Positions 16,583 through 26,081 of a DNA stretch of 64,000 bases are shown here, piece after piece (positions within the stretch are counted from its first letter, which is position 1; the number at the start of each line of letters is the position of its first letter). The notes below the pieces were generated by a model. The model saw only the letters and a program-made list of their open reading frames with translations. It was not told the DNA's origin and did no database searches. Source of the DNA: Escherichia phage vB_EcoM_ESCO9; the sequence record OM386654.1; one strand, given 5' to 3'. Both the position numbers and the translations under genes were made by a program.

Positions 16583-17527
16583 ATGCCTAATATTATTCTT
16601 GACACACGCGGAAATGAAAAGTATAGTGTATGTGATTTTCATAGAATCATTTTGCCATATAAACGCAAACTGACCATTAATCCTAAGCATAATATTTTTG
16701 TGTTCAATGGAGTACCAACACGTGGAAAGCCAGGTTTCCTGGCTCTTAAACAACTTGGGTTTAAATTGGTAATGGATCTGGATGATTCTTTAATTATTCC
16801 TGAAGGGCATATGCTTGAAGGATTATTTGAAAATCAAATCCGAGATGACCTAAAATGGTTCCTTGAAAGAAGTGATCTTGTAACTACAACAACTCCGGCA
16901 TTAAAGGTTGAATTAAGCCAATACAATGATAATGTACATATTGTGCCTAACGGACTACCTTTTGATGAAGGACAGTTTGTTCTTACTAAAGATCGTTATT
17001 CTAAAAGTCCACTGGTTTGGGCGGGAAGTGAAACACATAAACATGATTTAGCAATTCTTCCTGATTTTGGTAAAGATTTAACTTTATGTGGATTTCGTAG
17101 AGATCACGAAGAGTTAAGTAGTGCTCAATGGTTGCAAATTAAAGAAAATATTCAACCAGATTGTGTTTATGAAGGTATTCGTCCTTATGAGTGTTATATG
17201 GAAGCATACGATGGTCATCAAATCTCCATAGCTCCATTAGTAAATAATCATTTTAATAATGCCAAAAGTAATTTAAAAATTCTTGAAGCTGGTGCTAAAG
17301 GTTTGCCACTCGTTTGTTCGCCACGAGAGAACTATTATACTGAAGAATTTAAAGATCTAATCTTCTTTGCTGATTCAGTTAAAGAGTGGAAAGATATTGT
17401 AGAATACTTAATCGAATCCCCTGATGTTTGTATTGAGAAAGGATTGGCTCTTGCTAAGTATGTAAGAGATAACTACAATATTGATGATTTAAATGAAACC
17501 CGCAGACTGCTTATCGAGGATTTATAA
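16583..17527 (+). CDS. Putative GT-B fold glycosyltransferase (paralog 2)
   Basis: Clear paralog of 15597-16571 (shared FVFNGV/DLDD, LTKDRYS, DGHxISIAPLVNN.FNN.KSNLKILEAGAKGLP blocks); RBS AAGGAG. Confidence 0.5.
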   Translation: MPNIILDTRGNEKYSVCDFHRIILPYKRKLTINPKHNIFVFNGVPTRGKPGFLALKQLGFKLVMDLDDSLIIPEGHMLEGLFENQIRDDLKWFLERSDLVTTTTPALKVELSQYNDNVHIVPNGLPFDEGQFVLTKDRYSKSPLVWAGSETHKHDLAILPDFGKDLTLCGFRRDHEELSSAQWLQIKENIQPDCVYEGIRPYECYMEAYDGHQISIAPLVNNHFNNAKSNLKILEAGAKGLPLVCSPRENYYTEEFKDLIFFADSVKEWKDIVEYLIESPDVCIEKGLALAKYVRDNYNIDDLNETRRLLIEDL

Positions 17528-17796
17528 TGCACACTTTTGATTTTGAGTATAAACAAGATAATAAAGAACCTATTATTGTTGAAGTAGATTACTATTATGA
17601 AGAACCTAACCCTTTCTCACGAGAAAGTGATTGGGATTATTATGGTGGTCTTATTGTTGATGGTATTAGGTTTTATTCTGGTACAAAAGACCTTTTTGAT
17701 ATAGATATTTCCCCATCGGAAATTGTTTACCAATTTAAGAAACATATGGAAGATTTGGAAATGCAATATATTATGGAGACAAACGAATCATTTTAG
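17527..17796 (+). CDS. Hypothetical protein (89 aa)
   Basis: ATG overlapping previous stop. Confidence 0.4.
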   Translation: MHTFDFEYKQDNKEPIIVEVDYYYEEPNPFSRESDWDYYGGLIVDGIRFYSGTKDLFDIDISPSEIVYQFKKHMEDLEMQYIMETNESF

Positions 17797-17808
17797 TAGG
17801 AGAATCCT

Positions 17809-19581
17809 GTGTCTTATGTTGTAAATAAATATGGGTATAACATTGATCTAAGTCAAGAAGGACATACTGGGTGTCCTCGTTGTATGAAAGGAGGGCGTGA
17901 TCGATCACAAAACAATTTGATGGTATATGGCTTAGATGCCGATGAAGACCATCGAGGCGCACATTGTTTTTCTTGTGGCTTTACTATCCCTGATCAAAAA
18001 TGGTTAAATGCACACGGCGAAGAAATTGAAGAGGAGGATATCTTGGGTAGTGAGTTTAATCCAGAAGTACATGATAAACTAAAAGCCAGCACTGGAACTA
18101 ATCCAAAAGGTTATCGCGGTATTCGTGAAGATATCTCTAAGCCTTTCGGTGTACGTTATATGTACGATGAAGCTACTGGCGAAGTAATTTCAACACTATA
18201 CCCTACAACTAAAGATTACAATATTGCTGGGTATAAACAACGTATCGATCCAAAAGATTTCTCACATCCTATCGGTGAAACAGGAAAGGATTGTGATCTT
18301 TTTGGGGAGTTTAAATATCGTAACCACAGCGGTACTATTCTAATCGTTGGTGGTGAACACGATATGCTGGCTGCAACACAGATGCTAAAAGATTATAACA
18401 AGGGTGGTAAATATCCTGTTCCTGCTGTAGTATCTGGTACTTGTGGCGAAACATCTCTGCATAAGCAGCTTCAACATCGTTATAAATTCTTAGATCAATT
18501 TAAAAAGATTGTTCTATGTATGGATAATGATGAAGCTGGACGTGCAGCAGTTGAGAAATGTGTTAAAATCTTACCACGTAATAAAGTTTACGTGATGGAA
18601 CTAACGGATGTTAAAGATCCTAACCAGGCACTAGTAGAAGGAAAAATTGATCATTTTATTGATCGCTTTTTCAAAGCTAAACTGTACACACCTGCTGGTG
18701 TTTACGCTTCTAACGTACTATATGAAGCAGCCTTGGAATGCCTGGAAGCTAAAATGATCACCCTTCCTCCATTCATGCGTGTTGCTTCGAATATGTTAGG
18801 TGGAGGCTTGGTAGAAGAAGAAATTACTGTTATACTTGCAAAAACAAGTATCGGTAAGACACTGTTGGTTAACGAGATTACGAAACACATTATTCTTGCA
18901 CACCCAGAACATACTCTTGGTATTTTATCTTTGGAGGCAACGTATAAGAAGTATTCTCGTAACTTACTGTCTTCATTCTTGCATATCCCTCTTCACCGTA
19001 AAACGAAAGAAGAGAAGGAAAAGATTTTAAAAGATAATGAAGAAAAGATTCGTGATTTTTACGAACGAGAAGATGGAACACCACGTTTCTATGTTTGTGA
19101 TGATCGTGGAGCTAACGTAGATGTGATTAAAGAGAAGGTTCTGGAAATGATTATTTATTTCGGAGTAACCATTCTTGTTATCGACCCTTATTCTGACTTG
19201 CTTTCTGGTATGGACGTGTCACAACAAGAGGAACTTGCGACGTGGCTGAAACGCATTATGAAAGAGTATGCAATAACCATTGTTGTAATTTCACACGTTA
19301 AAAAGTCTTCTAACAATAGTAATGAACATATTGTAGAAGATGATGCAATGGGTAGTAGCTTCCTTGCTAAAGGTGCTGGTATCACAATTGCGCTGGAGCG
19401 TGATAAACAAGCTGAAGATCCTATGGAACGTAACCGCACATATTGCTACATTCTAAAGAACCGTGAGTTCTCAGAGACTGGTGCAGCAGGTAGTTTCTTC
19501 TATGAGATTAAAACAGCTACACTTCACGATTACGATCAATACACAAGTAACCCAGAGAATATTCCTGATGGTTCTTATTAA
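17809..19581 (+). CDS. DNA primase-helicase (Zn-ribbon/TOPRIM primase fused to DnaB-like helicase, T7 gp4-type)
   Basis: N-terminal CPRC...CFSCGF zinc ribbon; central acidic TOPRIM-like region; C-terminal P-loop LAKTSIGKT and Walker B LVIDPYSD; GTG start with RBS AGGAG. Confidence 0.7.
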   Translation: MSYVVNKYGYNIDLSQEGHTGCPRCMKGGRDRSQNNLMVYGLDADEDHRGAHCFSCGFTIPDQKWLNAHGEEIEEEDILGSEFNPEVHDKLKASTGTNPKGYRGIREDISKPFGVRYMYDEATGEVISTLYPTTKDYNIAGYKQRIDPKDFSHPIGETGKDCDLFGEFKYRNHSGTILIVGGEHDMLAATQMLKDYNKGGKYPVPAVVSGTCGETSLHKQLQHRYKFLDQFKKIVLCMDNDEAGRAAVEKCVKILPRNKVYVMELTDVKDPNQALVEGKIDHFIDRFFKAKLYTPAGVYASNVLYEAALECLEAKMITLPPFMRVASNMLGGGLVEEEITVILAKTSIGKTLLVNEITKHIILAHPEHTLGILSLEATYKKYSRNLLSSFLHIPLHRKTKEEKEKILKDNEEKIRDFYEREDGTPRFYVCDDRGANVDVIKEKVLEMIIYFGVTILVIDPYSDLLSGMDVSQQEELATWLKRIMKEYAITIVVISHVKKSSNNSNEHIVEDDAMGSSFLAKGAGITIALERDKQAEDPMERNRTYCYILKNREFSETGAAGSFFYEIKTATLHDYDQYTSNPENIPDGSY

Positions 19582-19591
19582 GGAGAGAAAT

Positions 19592-19987
19592 ATGAAAGAC
19601 AACGAAAATATCCTTTATGGGGTATCCCCTTCTGCGTTAGGGTATGATTATACGAAAACTGTTGCTAAGTTTAAATTTCAAGATGGATCGGAGTTAGAAC
19701 CATACGGTTATGCTTATGGTGAACATTTGTGGTTTGAGGATGGTTGCCTATACCTTCTCATTCAAACTACCAGTGGTTTTGTGGGAGAGCTTGTAGATCG
19801 TATGCTGAAAAATGTTAGTGATAAAGTTGTTCTTGATATCGCTAGTAAGGATGAAAACATTAATAACATTGTTTCCACTTTTAATGGTTTGACAGGCACT
19901 GTTAAAATTGAACGTGTAGGCTTGAGAAATACCAATGGTGTCCCTAATTGCCTTATTAAAGTACAACTAAGTGCTGACAATAAATAA
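19592..19987 (+). CDS. Hypothetical protein (131 aa)
   Basis: ATG with RBS AGGAGAG; in-frame upstream extension in ORF track overlaps primase and is unlikely. Confidence 0.45.
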   Translation: MKDNENILYGVSPSALGYDYTKTVAKFKFQDGSELEPYGYAYGEHLWFEDGCLYLLIQTTSGFVGELVDRMLKNVSDKVVLDIASKDENINNIVSTFNGLTGTVKIERVGLRNTNGVPNCLIKVQLSADNK

Positions 19988-19991
19988 CAAG

Positions 19992-20010
19992 AAGGGGCGA
20001 AAGCCCCTTT
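19992..20010 (+). terminator. Stem-loop AAGGGGC-GAAA-GCCCCTT
   Basis: GNRA-loop hairpin between genes; weak T-run. Confidence 0.4.
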
Positions 20011-20077
20011 ACAAAACAATTAATTTGTGGTACAGTATTAACAAATTAAGACTTTAGAAATATTTTAAGGAGGGAGA

Positions 20078-22657
20078 ATGGGAGCTTTTACTTTCGACAT
20101 TGAAAGTAACAACTTGCTTAATGACGAAAGTGTAGATTACTTGGCAAGTCCATATCGTTTAAAAGATAGTTTTGCAATGCACTGTATTGTGTGCGAAAGT
20201 CATGATACTGGAGAGATTATTGCTTTCCATGATGGTGATAAATATCTTTTCGATGGTCGTCCGTATATTGAGACTGACGGAAAGTATGAATACCGACTGG
20301 AGGAATATGAGCATTTAGAATATACCCATTTCCCTCTTAAAGATTTTCCTGATTTTGTAAATGGAACAGGTAAATTTAAAGGTAATTCAAACTATAAAAT
20401 TACCAAAGTAGTTGGACATAACATCATTAACTTTGACTTACTGGCAATTAAATTATTTTTTAAACTCAACTACAGTATTAAGTACAATACTTGGGGTAAT
20501 AGTAACATTGAAATTTGTGATACTATGATCTTAAGTAAGACACTAAACCCTGATCGCTTCGGTGGTCATAGTCTGGCAGAGTTATCTAAGAAAGCTGGAG
20601 GGGATGTTAAAATTGATTTTAGAAAAAACATCCCTGAAACTGAAAGATTTAAAACATTTGCAGCAGATATGCTGTATTACTGTATTTACGATAACAAAGC
20701 TAACACCGCAGTGTTCCGTTATTTGATGGAAGAGTGGGGTGATTATAATAAGTGGTCTGAACCATTTAACTTAGAACAACGTGTAGCTGATATTATTACA
20801 CGTCAAGAGCACCGTGGCTTTGCTTTCAATATGAAGCAAGCAGAAGATAATATTCGTGATCTGGATGCTCGAATGGAAGCATGTCGTTTAGAGGCAGAAC
20901 CTGTGCTACCTCCTAAACCTGCTACTAAAGGTTATTTGAAATCATTCATTCCACCTAAACTACAGTTTAAAAAGAATGGTGAACCTTCAAGTAACATGAT
21001 AAAGTTTGCAGAGAAACATTCTGGTGAACTTGTACAAAAAGAAGATGGTTGGTGGTTATTTGCATTAGGTAAAGAGTTTAAACTGCCTATTCCAGCAGAA
21101 GAACCTATTTGTGATCCTACAGTACCTGCTACTTTAGACGACACTACACATATTAAAAATTGGTTAGTTGGTTTAGGTTGGAGTCCATCTGAATATAAAG
21201 ATAAAGATATCACTCTTAAATCTGGCACTAAGATTAAGAAAGATGAAGCACAAATGGAGAAAGCTATTCGTGACTATGTTGATCAAACATTAGCATCTAA
21301 CTTCTGCCAGGATAGATGTGATCATCTGGAGTGCACACCAGAAACTTTGGAATGGAAACTAAGAGATCGTATTGCTAAAGCTAAAGGTCGTGGTGTTAAG
21401 GTGCTTACTAACCCTTCCTTTACAAAAGGGCAAGAGAAGGATATTTGTCCTAACTTGGAAGCACTAGGTGAAAAGTTTCCTTATGCTACGCAGATTGTGC
21501 AGTATCTTACGTATAAACATCGTAGAAACTCTATTCTAGGCGGTGGTGCTGATTGGGAAGAGGATGAAGAGGATTACGATAAAGGTTATCTGGCGGCAGT
21601 AAGGGCTGATGGTCGTATACCGACTCCTGCTGCAACGTGTGATGCAGCTACGTCTCGTATGAAACATAGGTTAGTAGCAAATATCCCACGTGTAACATCT
21701 CTGTACGGATATGAAATGCGTAACTTATTTGGTGTAGAAGTTCCAAAATACTTCCAAATTGGTTATGACTTTGATTCTCTTGAGGCAAAAATAGAATCAC
21801 ACTACTGTTGGCGGTACGAGCAGGAACCACATGAATATTGTAATGCTCTATTATTGGAAAAACCTAATGATGTTCATACAATGATGGCTCGACGTATTTC
21901 TGACACTATTGGTCGTAAGTTTGAACGAAGCCCTGCTAAATCTGTTAAGTATGGTATTACTTATGGTGCTCAAGCTGCAAAAGTAGCAAAAACTATAGGT
22001 AGTGATATGTATACAGGACAGCTTGTATACGATGCTTTCTGGGAAGCTGCAAAACCTCTTGCGCTTCTTAAAGAACGTCTGCATGATTTTTGGGTTAAAA
22101 CAGGTAAGAAATACATTCTTGGTATTGATGGTAGGAAAGTACCTACACGATCTGCACACGCAATACTTAACTCTCTGTTCCAGAGTGGTGGTGTTATTTG
22201 TGCAAAAAGAGCAATGGTTATCTACGACGATCTTATCGAAGAAGAAGGATTAGCTGTTGACTTTTTTGTTGATGACTGGAAAAATAAGTCATTCGTTCAA
22301 CAAATGATTGCATATCACGATGAAGCACAGCTTGAAGTAACTCGTGATCTGGTGCATTTTAAATGGTTCTCTAAAGAATCTTTAGGTTGGACTCAAGTTG
22401 ATGATCCAGAAGAACAAAAGAAAATTGATAAAGAATGTTTGGATAAGGTTAATGCCTGGAAAGAAGAGGAAGAGAAACGTACTGGCAAGATTTGGGCTAA
22501 CGTACATGAATCTCCGAAAGGTGGTTGGTTTACAGCCTACAGTCGTGCTGGAGAATTAGCATCTATCGCTGTTAATAAAGCTGGTGAGTATTACAATCTT
22601 AATGTACCTCTCACTGCTGGTTACGATGTTGGTAGTTCATGGTCAACTTGTCACTGA
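20078..22657 (+). CDS. DNA polymerase, family A (Pol I-like) with N-terminal 3'-5' exonuclease region
   Basis: Motif B-like RRISDTIGRKFERSPAKSVKYGITYGAQ and motif C YHDEAQLEV; 859 aa; RBS AAGGAGGGAG. Confidence 0.8.
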   Translation: MGAFTFDIESNNLLNDESVDYLASPYRLKDSFAMHCIVCESHDTGEIIAFHDGDKYLFDGRPYIETDGKYEYRLEEYEHLEYTHFPLKDFPDFVNGTGKFKGNSNYKITKVVGHNIINFDLLAIKLFFKLNYSIKYNTWGNSNIEICDTMILSKTLNPDRFGGHSLAELSKKAGGDVKIDFRKNIPETERFKTFAADMLYYCIYDNKANTAVFRYLMEEWGDYNKWSEPFNLEQRVADIITRQEHRGFAFNMKQAEDNIRDLDARMEACRLEAEPVLPPKPATKGYLKSFIPPKLQFKKNGEPSSNMIKFAEKHSGELVQKEDGWWLFALGKEFKLPIPAEEPICDPTVPATLDDTTHIKNWLVGLGWSPSEYKDKDITLKSGTKIKKDEAQMEKAIRDYVDQTLASNFCQDRCDHLECTPETLEWKLRDRIAKAKGRGVKVLTNPSFTKGQEKDICPNLEALGEKFPYATQIVQYLTYKHRRNSILGGGADWEEDEEDYDKGYLAAVRADGRIPTPAATCDAATSRMKHRLVANIPRVTSLYGYEMRNLFGVEVPKYFQIGYDFDSLEAKIESHYCWRYEQEPHEYCNALLLEKPNDVHTMMARRISDTIGRKFERSPAKSVKYGITYGAQAAKVAKTIGSDMYTGQLVYDAFWEAAKPLALLKERLHDFWVKTGKKYILGIDGRKVPTRSAHAILNSLFQSGGVICAKRAMVIYDDLIEEEGLAVDFFVDDWKNKSFVQQMIAYHDEAQLEVTRDLVHFKWFSKESLGWTQVDDPEEQKKIDKECLDKVNAWKEEEEKRTGKIWANVHESPKGGWFTAYSRAGELASIAVNKAGEYYNLNVPLTAGYDVGSSWSTCH

Positions 22658-22684
22658 CATCTCTTTGATTTTAAAGGAGTTTTT

Positions 22685-23281
22685 ATGCTTACCGTATATG
22701 GTGAAGGTATTAATGATTTGGAAGGCGAGAGTACGCTACCTGGTAGTAAGAAACTAACGCCGCATTATATGAAATGGATGGCTATGTTGGGGAGGTGTTA
22801 CTCCCCTTGTCAACAAGAACGTGATCCTTGTTATAATGGGGTGACGGTTTGTGAAGAATGGAAACTGTTCTCCAATTTCTACTCTTGGTTGCAAACTTGG
22901 GATAACTGGGAAAACTTAGAACTTGATAAAGATATTATAGGAGGGAGAGTTTACTCTCCCGATACCTGTCTTTTAGTAACAGGAGATCTTAACAAGTTCT
23001 TAGCTTATAGAGTAAGTAAAAGATCTCATGGGACTATGGTAGGATGTAGTTACGAAAAAGATCGTAAAAAGTATAAAGCCCATATTCAACGTGATGGACG
23101 TGTTATAACACTGGGACGTTTTAATACTGAAATTGAAGCGCATCTTTGTTGGTTGAAGGCTAAGGCAGAACAGCTTACAAAATTCTTTGAAACTGAAGAT
23201 GAAAGAGTTGTTCCACATCTTAAAGCACTATATAATGAAATGCTTGAGCATGTAGAACAACACAAAGAGTGGACACGATAG
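22685..23281 (+). CDS. AP2-domain protein, possible HNH/homing-endonuclease-like
   Basis: YKAHIQRDGRVITLGRFNTEIEAHLCW resembles AP2 DNA-binding domains found in phage homing endonucleases; Cys/His-rich N-terminal half. Confidence 0.4.
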   Translation: MLTVYGEGINDLEGESTLPGSKKLTPHYMKWMAMLGRCYSPCQQERDPCYNGVTVCEEWKLFSNFYSWLQTWDNWENLELDKDIIGGRVYSPDTCLLVTGDLNKFLAYRVSKRSHGTMVGCSYEKDRKKYKAHIQRDGRVITLGRFNTEIEAHLCWLKAKAEQLTKFFETEDERVVPHLKALYNEMLEHVEQHKEWTR

Positions 23282-23289
23282 GAGAAAAT

Positions 23290-23883
23290 ATGAATATTGA
23301 AGATCAAAAAGTACGAGCTTTAGAAGTATTACGTATGTGCCAACTGGTAGATCCGTTTGCAATTGTAGCTGGCGGCGCTGTACGTGACTGGCGATTAGAG
23401 AAACCTGCGCAAGATATTGACATTTACTTGCGTATGCCTAACCACAATACACTCGTGCTAGTAGAGAAGTTTTTGATGTTGGGTGTTGGTGCACGTAATG
23501 TTAAACAACTTACTAAGCAAACAGAACACACTTATGCCGAACTACCACATTTGAAATGGGTATTTGAAGCATACTATAAAGACCTTAAGTTTAACTTTAT
23601 GATCATGGAAGAAGGTGTACGCAGTGAAATCGTATGGAACTTTGATGTAGCTATTTGCCTGTGTTACTGGGATGGTCAAAATTATGTATATCATCCAGAT
23701 TTTGAATTTGCACTGAAAACTAATATTTGTACTATTAATCACCGCTACACAGGTAAAGAAGCACACGTCCGTAAAATGGCAGAACGTTTCCCTATGTTCC
23801 GCTTTGTAAAAGACGTTTTCATTCCCAAAGAACCAGAAGTACGTACACTGGATTCATTTAACAACGAAGAATTTAAGATTTAA
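23290..23883 (+). CDS. Nucleotidyltransferase, polymerase-beta/CCA-adding-enzyme head-domain-like
   Basis: GGAVRDW...DIDIY matches the GGxVRD...DxD head motif of class II tRNA nucleotidyltransferases/poly(A) polymerases; only ~200 aa (no obvious body/tail domains). Confidence 0.5.
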   Translation: MNIEDQKVRALEVLRMCQLVDPFAIVAGGAVRDWRLEKPAQDIDIYLRMPNHNTLVLVEKFLMLGVGARNVKQLTKQTEHTYAELPHLKWVFEAYYKDLKFNFMIMEEGVRSEIVWNFDVAICLCYWDGQNYVYHPDFEFALKTNICTINHRYTGKEAHVRKMAERFPMFRFVKDVFIPKEPEVRTLDSFNNEEFKI

Positions 23884-23886
23884 GTG

Positions 23887-23916
23887 TTGACAAACATTAT
23901 AATTATGTGTTATTAT
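23887..23916 (+). promoter_or_regulatory. Sigma70-like promoter candidate (TTGACA-18-TATTAT)
   Basis: Consensus -35, acceptable -10, upstream of 23927 ORF. Confidence 0.35.
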
Positions 23917-23926
23917 TAGGACTTGA

Positions 23927-24325
23927 ATGACAGATAATCGTTCTAAAATCTTAGTCGAGACGTTCTACAGTAGAGAAACTAATCGTCTTGAGCTAACTAA
24001 AAAAGATGTTGAACCTCAAGATAATACCTTTTTTATTCAAATACTATGTCTCTTTGGTGGATACAATCGTTTAACAGTGAGAGTAGAAAACAAAGAGATA
24101 TCTGAAACCACTATCACAAAACGTGAACTAATGCTACTACAGGATACAATACGAGATGTTTTGGATAATCCTGGAAAAGCAAAAGTAATTAACCTTGGTG
24201 GAGAAAAGATACAAATCCTCCATTTCGAAAGTGGTGAAATAGGATTTGGTATTGGTCTTGGTAAATACCTGTTGGAAGAAACTGACGCTACTCTTTTACG
24301 AGAGTTTTGTGTTAAAGTAATGTAA
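23927..24325 (+). CDS. Hypothetical protein (132 aa)
   Basis: ORF after promoter candidate. Confidence 0.4.
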   Translation: MTDNRSKILVETFYSRETNRLELTKKDVEPQDNTFFIQILCLFGGYNRLTVRVENKEISETTITKRELMLLQDTIRDVLDNPGKAKVINLGGEKIQILHFESGEIGFGIGLGKYLLEETDATLLREFCVKVM

Positions 24326-24341
24326 TTATAGAGGAGAATTT

Positions 24342-25289
24342 ATGCCAGTAATTAATTCTGAAATCGATCGTCGTACTAAAAAAGAAGCATTCTGGGCTGA
24401 AGGTATCGTTGAATATGTCAAACTAGATAAGTTTGATGAAATGAAAGTCTCTTATATTAAGGTTGCAGGTCAGCCAGATAAGAAAATTGAATCAACTCAC
24501 AAAGCATCCCTGCTTATTAAAGAGAAAGGTGCTGGTGCTGATGATAAAGGTGTTTGGGTTAGCCTAGGTGAAGTTAAACTGCACCCAGAACATGAAAACC
24601 TGCAAGTTAAAGATGGTGATAAGTGGATTACTATCGAAAAAGGTGTAGAAGTAACTATGGATGTTAAACCTTCCGAATGGAATGGCAAAACATACTACAA
24701 CTCCTCTAAAGGTAAAATCACTGTTCTTTCAACAGAAGGTGTTCAGCAAGCACAATCTTCTTCAAAAGGTGGAAATAAGCCATCTAATAACGAAGGTAGC
24801 AAGCCTAACTACAAAAAACGTGATACCGTAGGGATTGAAACAGGACACGCTGTAAACGGCGCTCTGGAGCTTCTACGTGCTGGTGTGAAAGGTGATGCTT
24901 TCGACTTGGCTGGTGTGGTACAATCTGCAACTGTTAATCTGAAAGCAGAAATTGCTAAAGATCGTGGCGTTGATGTGACTGACTATGATCTTGGTGCTTC
25001 AGTTGGACACGCAATTCTTAACGCTTGTCGTGATCATACAGGTAAAACTGTAACGGCAGAAGAGATTATTGAAGCTGCTCGTGAAGTTCTTGCTTTGTCT
25101 GATAAAGTAGCTGCTGCTATCCGTGGAATGTCTACCCCAGTACAAGAAGTTAAGAAAGAAACTAAAAAAGTAGAGAAAAAAGAGCCAGCACCGAAAGAAC
25201 CAGAACCTGTTGTTCAAGATTTCGATGATGATATCCCATTTGCTCCTATTGGTTTGCAGTATGGTCGAAATTTCCTGCACTGTTTCTAA
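24342..25289 (+). CDS. Hypothetical protein (315 aa), possible DNA-binding protein
   Basis: ORF with RBS GAGGAG in replication module; C-terminal acidic tail (DFDDDIPF) reminiscent of SSB-type tails but no firm motif. Confidence 0.4.
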   Translation: MPVINSEIDRRTKKEAFWAEGIVEYVKLDKFDEMKVSYIKVAGQPDKKIESTHKASLLIKEKGAGADDKGVWVSLGEVKLHPEHENLQVKDGDKWITIEKGVEVTMDVKPSEWNGKTYYNSSKGKITVLSTEGVQQAQSSSKGGNKPSNNEGSKPNYKKRDTVGIETGHAVNGALELLRAGVKGDAFDLAGVVQSATVNLKAEIAKDRGVDVTDYDLGASVGHAILNACRDHTGKTVTAEEIIEAAREVLALSDKVAAAIRGMSTPVQEVKKETKKVEKKEPAPKEPEPVVQDFDDDIPFAPIGLQYGRNFLHCF

Positions 25290-25312
25290 TAGTTAAATAT
25301 TGTGTGAATATA

Positions 25313-25337
25313 AGGAGCCTAACGGCTCCTTTTCTTT
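25313..25337 (+). terminator. Intrinsic terminator (AGGAGCC-TAAC-GGCTCCT + TTTCTTT)
   Basis: Perfect 7-bp stem followed by T-run. Confidence 0.5.
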
Positions 25338-25349
25338 GAAGGAGATATA

Positions 25350-26081
25350 ATGAGCGAATTTGTAAACAACACCGCATTAAACTACCTGCAAACCCTCGAA
25401 AGCAATAGTGTAGATTTGATTCTTACTGACCCACCATATGCTATTTCTCGTGACACAAATTTTCAGTCTGGAGAGCCTACTGGAAAAGATACGGATAGAT
25501 TCCGTGTATCTTACAACTTCGGTGATTGGGATGTTGTAGATATTCCTTACTTTAAAGAAGTATTCAAAGAAGCCTACAGGGTGCTTAGAAAAGGTGGTAC
25601 TTGCATAGTTTGGTATGATATCTGGAAGATCCAGGAACTACGTGAAATCCTTGAACCGCTTGGTTTTCGTATGTTCCGTACCATCGAATGGATTAAAACA
25701 AACCCTGTACCCATCAACAGTGGTGTTAACTACCTTAGTAACGCTAAAGAGATGGCTATTGTTTGTGTTAAAGGTTCGAAACCAACCTTCAATGCTTCCT
25801 ACCATAAGGGTGTGTTTGAGTATCCTATCTATCAAGGAGCAGATCGTTTTCATCCAACACAAAAACACTTGACTTTGTTTTGTGACCTTATTAATATACA
25901 CACCAACGAAGGAGATGTAGTCTTAGACTTCTTCTCTGGAAGTGCAACAACACAAGTTGCGGCACTTTTAACAGGTAGAGAATACTTAGGCTGTGAAGCC
26001 GATGTAAATATTTTTAAGCAAGCGGAGGAACGACTAAATGAGTACACTGAACAGCAAAATCACCCTGAAAGCACTGATTAA
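25350..26081 (+). CDS. DNA methyltransferase, beta-class amino-MTase (N6-adenine or N4-cytosine)
   Basis: Motif IV DPPY (LILTDPPYAI) precedes motif I-like VLDFFSGSATT; no adjacent restriction endonuclease recognised. Confidence 0.75.
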   Translation: MSEFVNNTALNYLQTLESNSVDLILTDPPYAISRDTNFQSGEPTGKDTDRFRVSYNFGDWDVVDIPYFKEVFKEAYRVLRKGGTCIVWYDIWKIQELREILEPLGFRMFRTIEWIKTNPVPINSGVNYLSNAKEMAIVCVKGSKPTFNASYHKGVFEYPIYQGADRFHPTQKHLTLFCDLINIHTNEGDVVLDFFSGSATTQVAALLTGREYLGCEADVNIFKQAEERLNEYTEQQNHPESTD

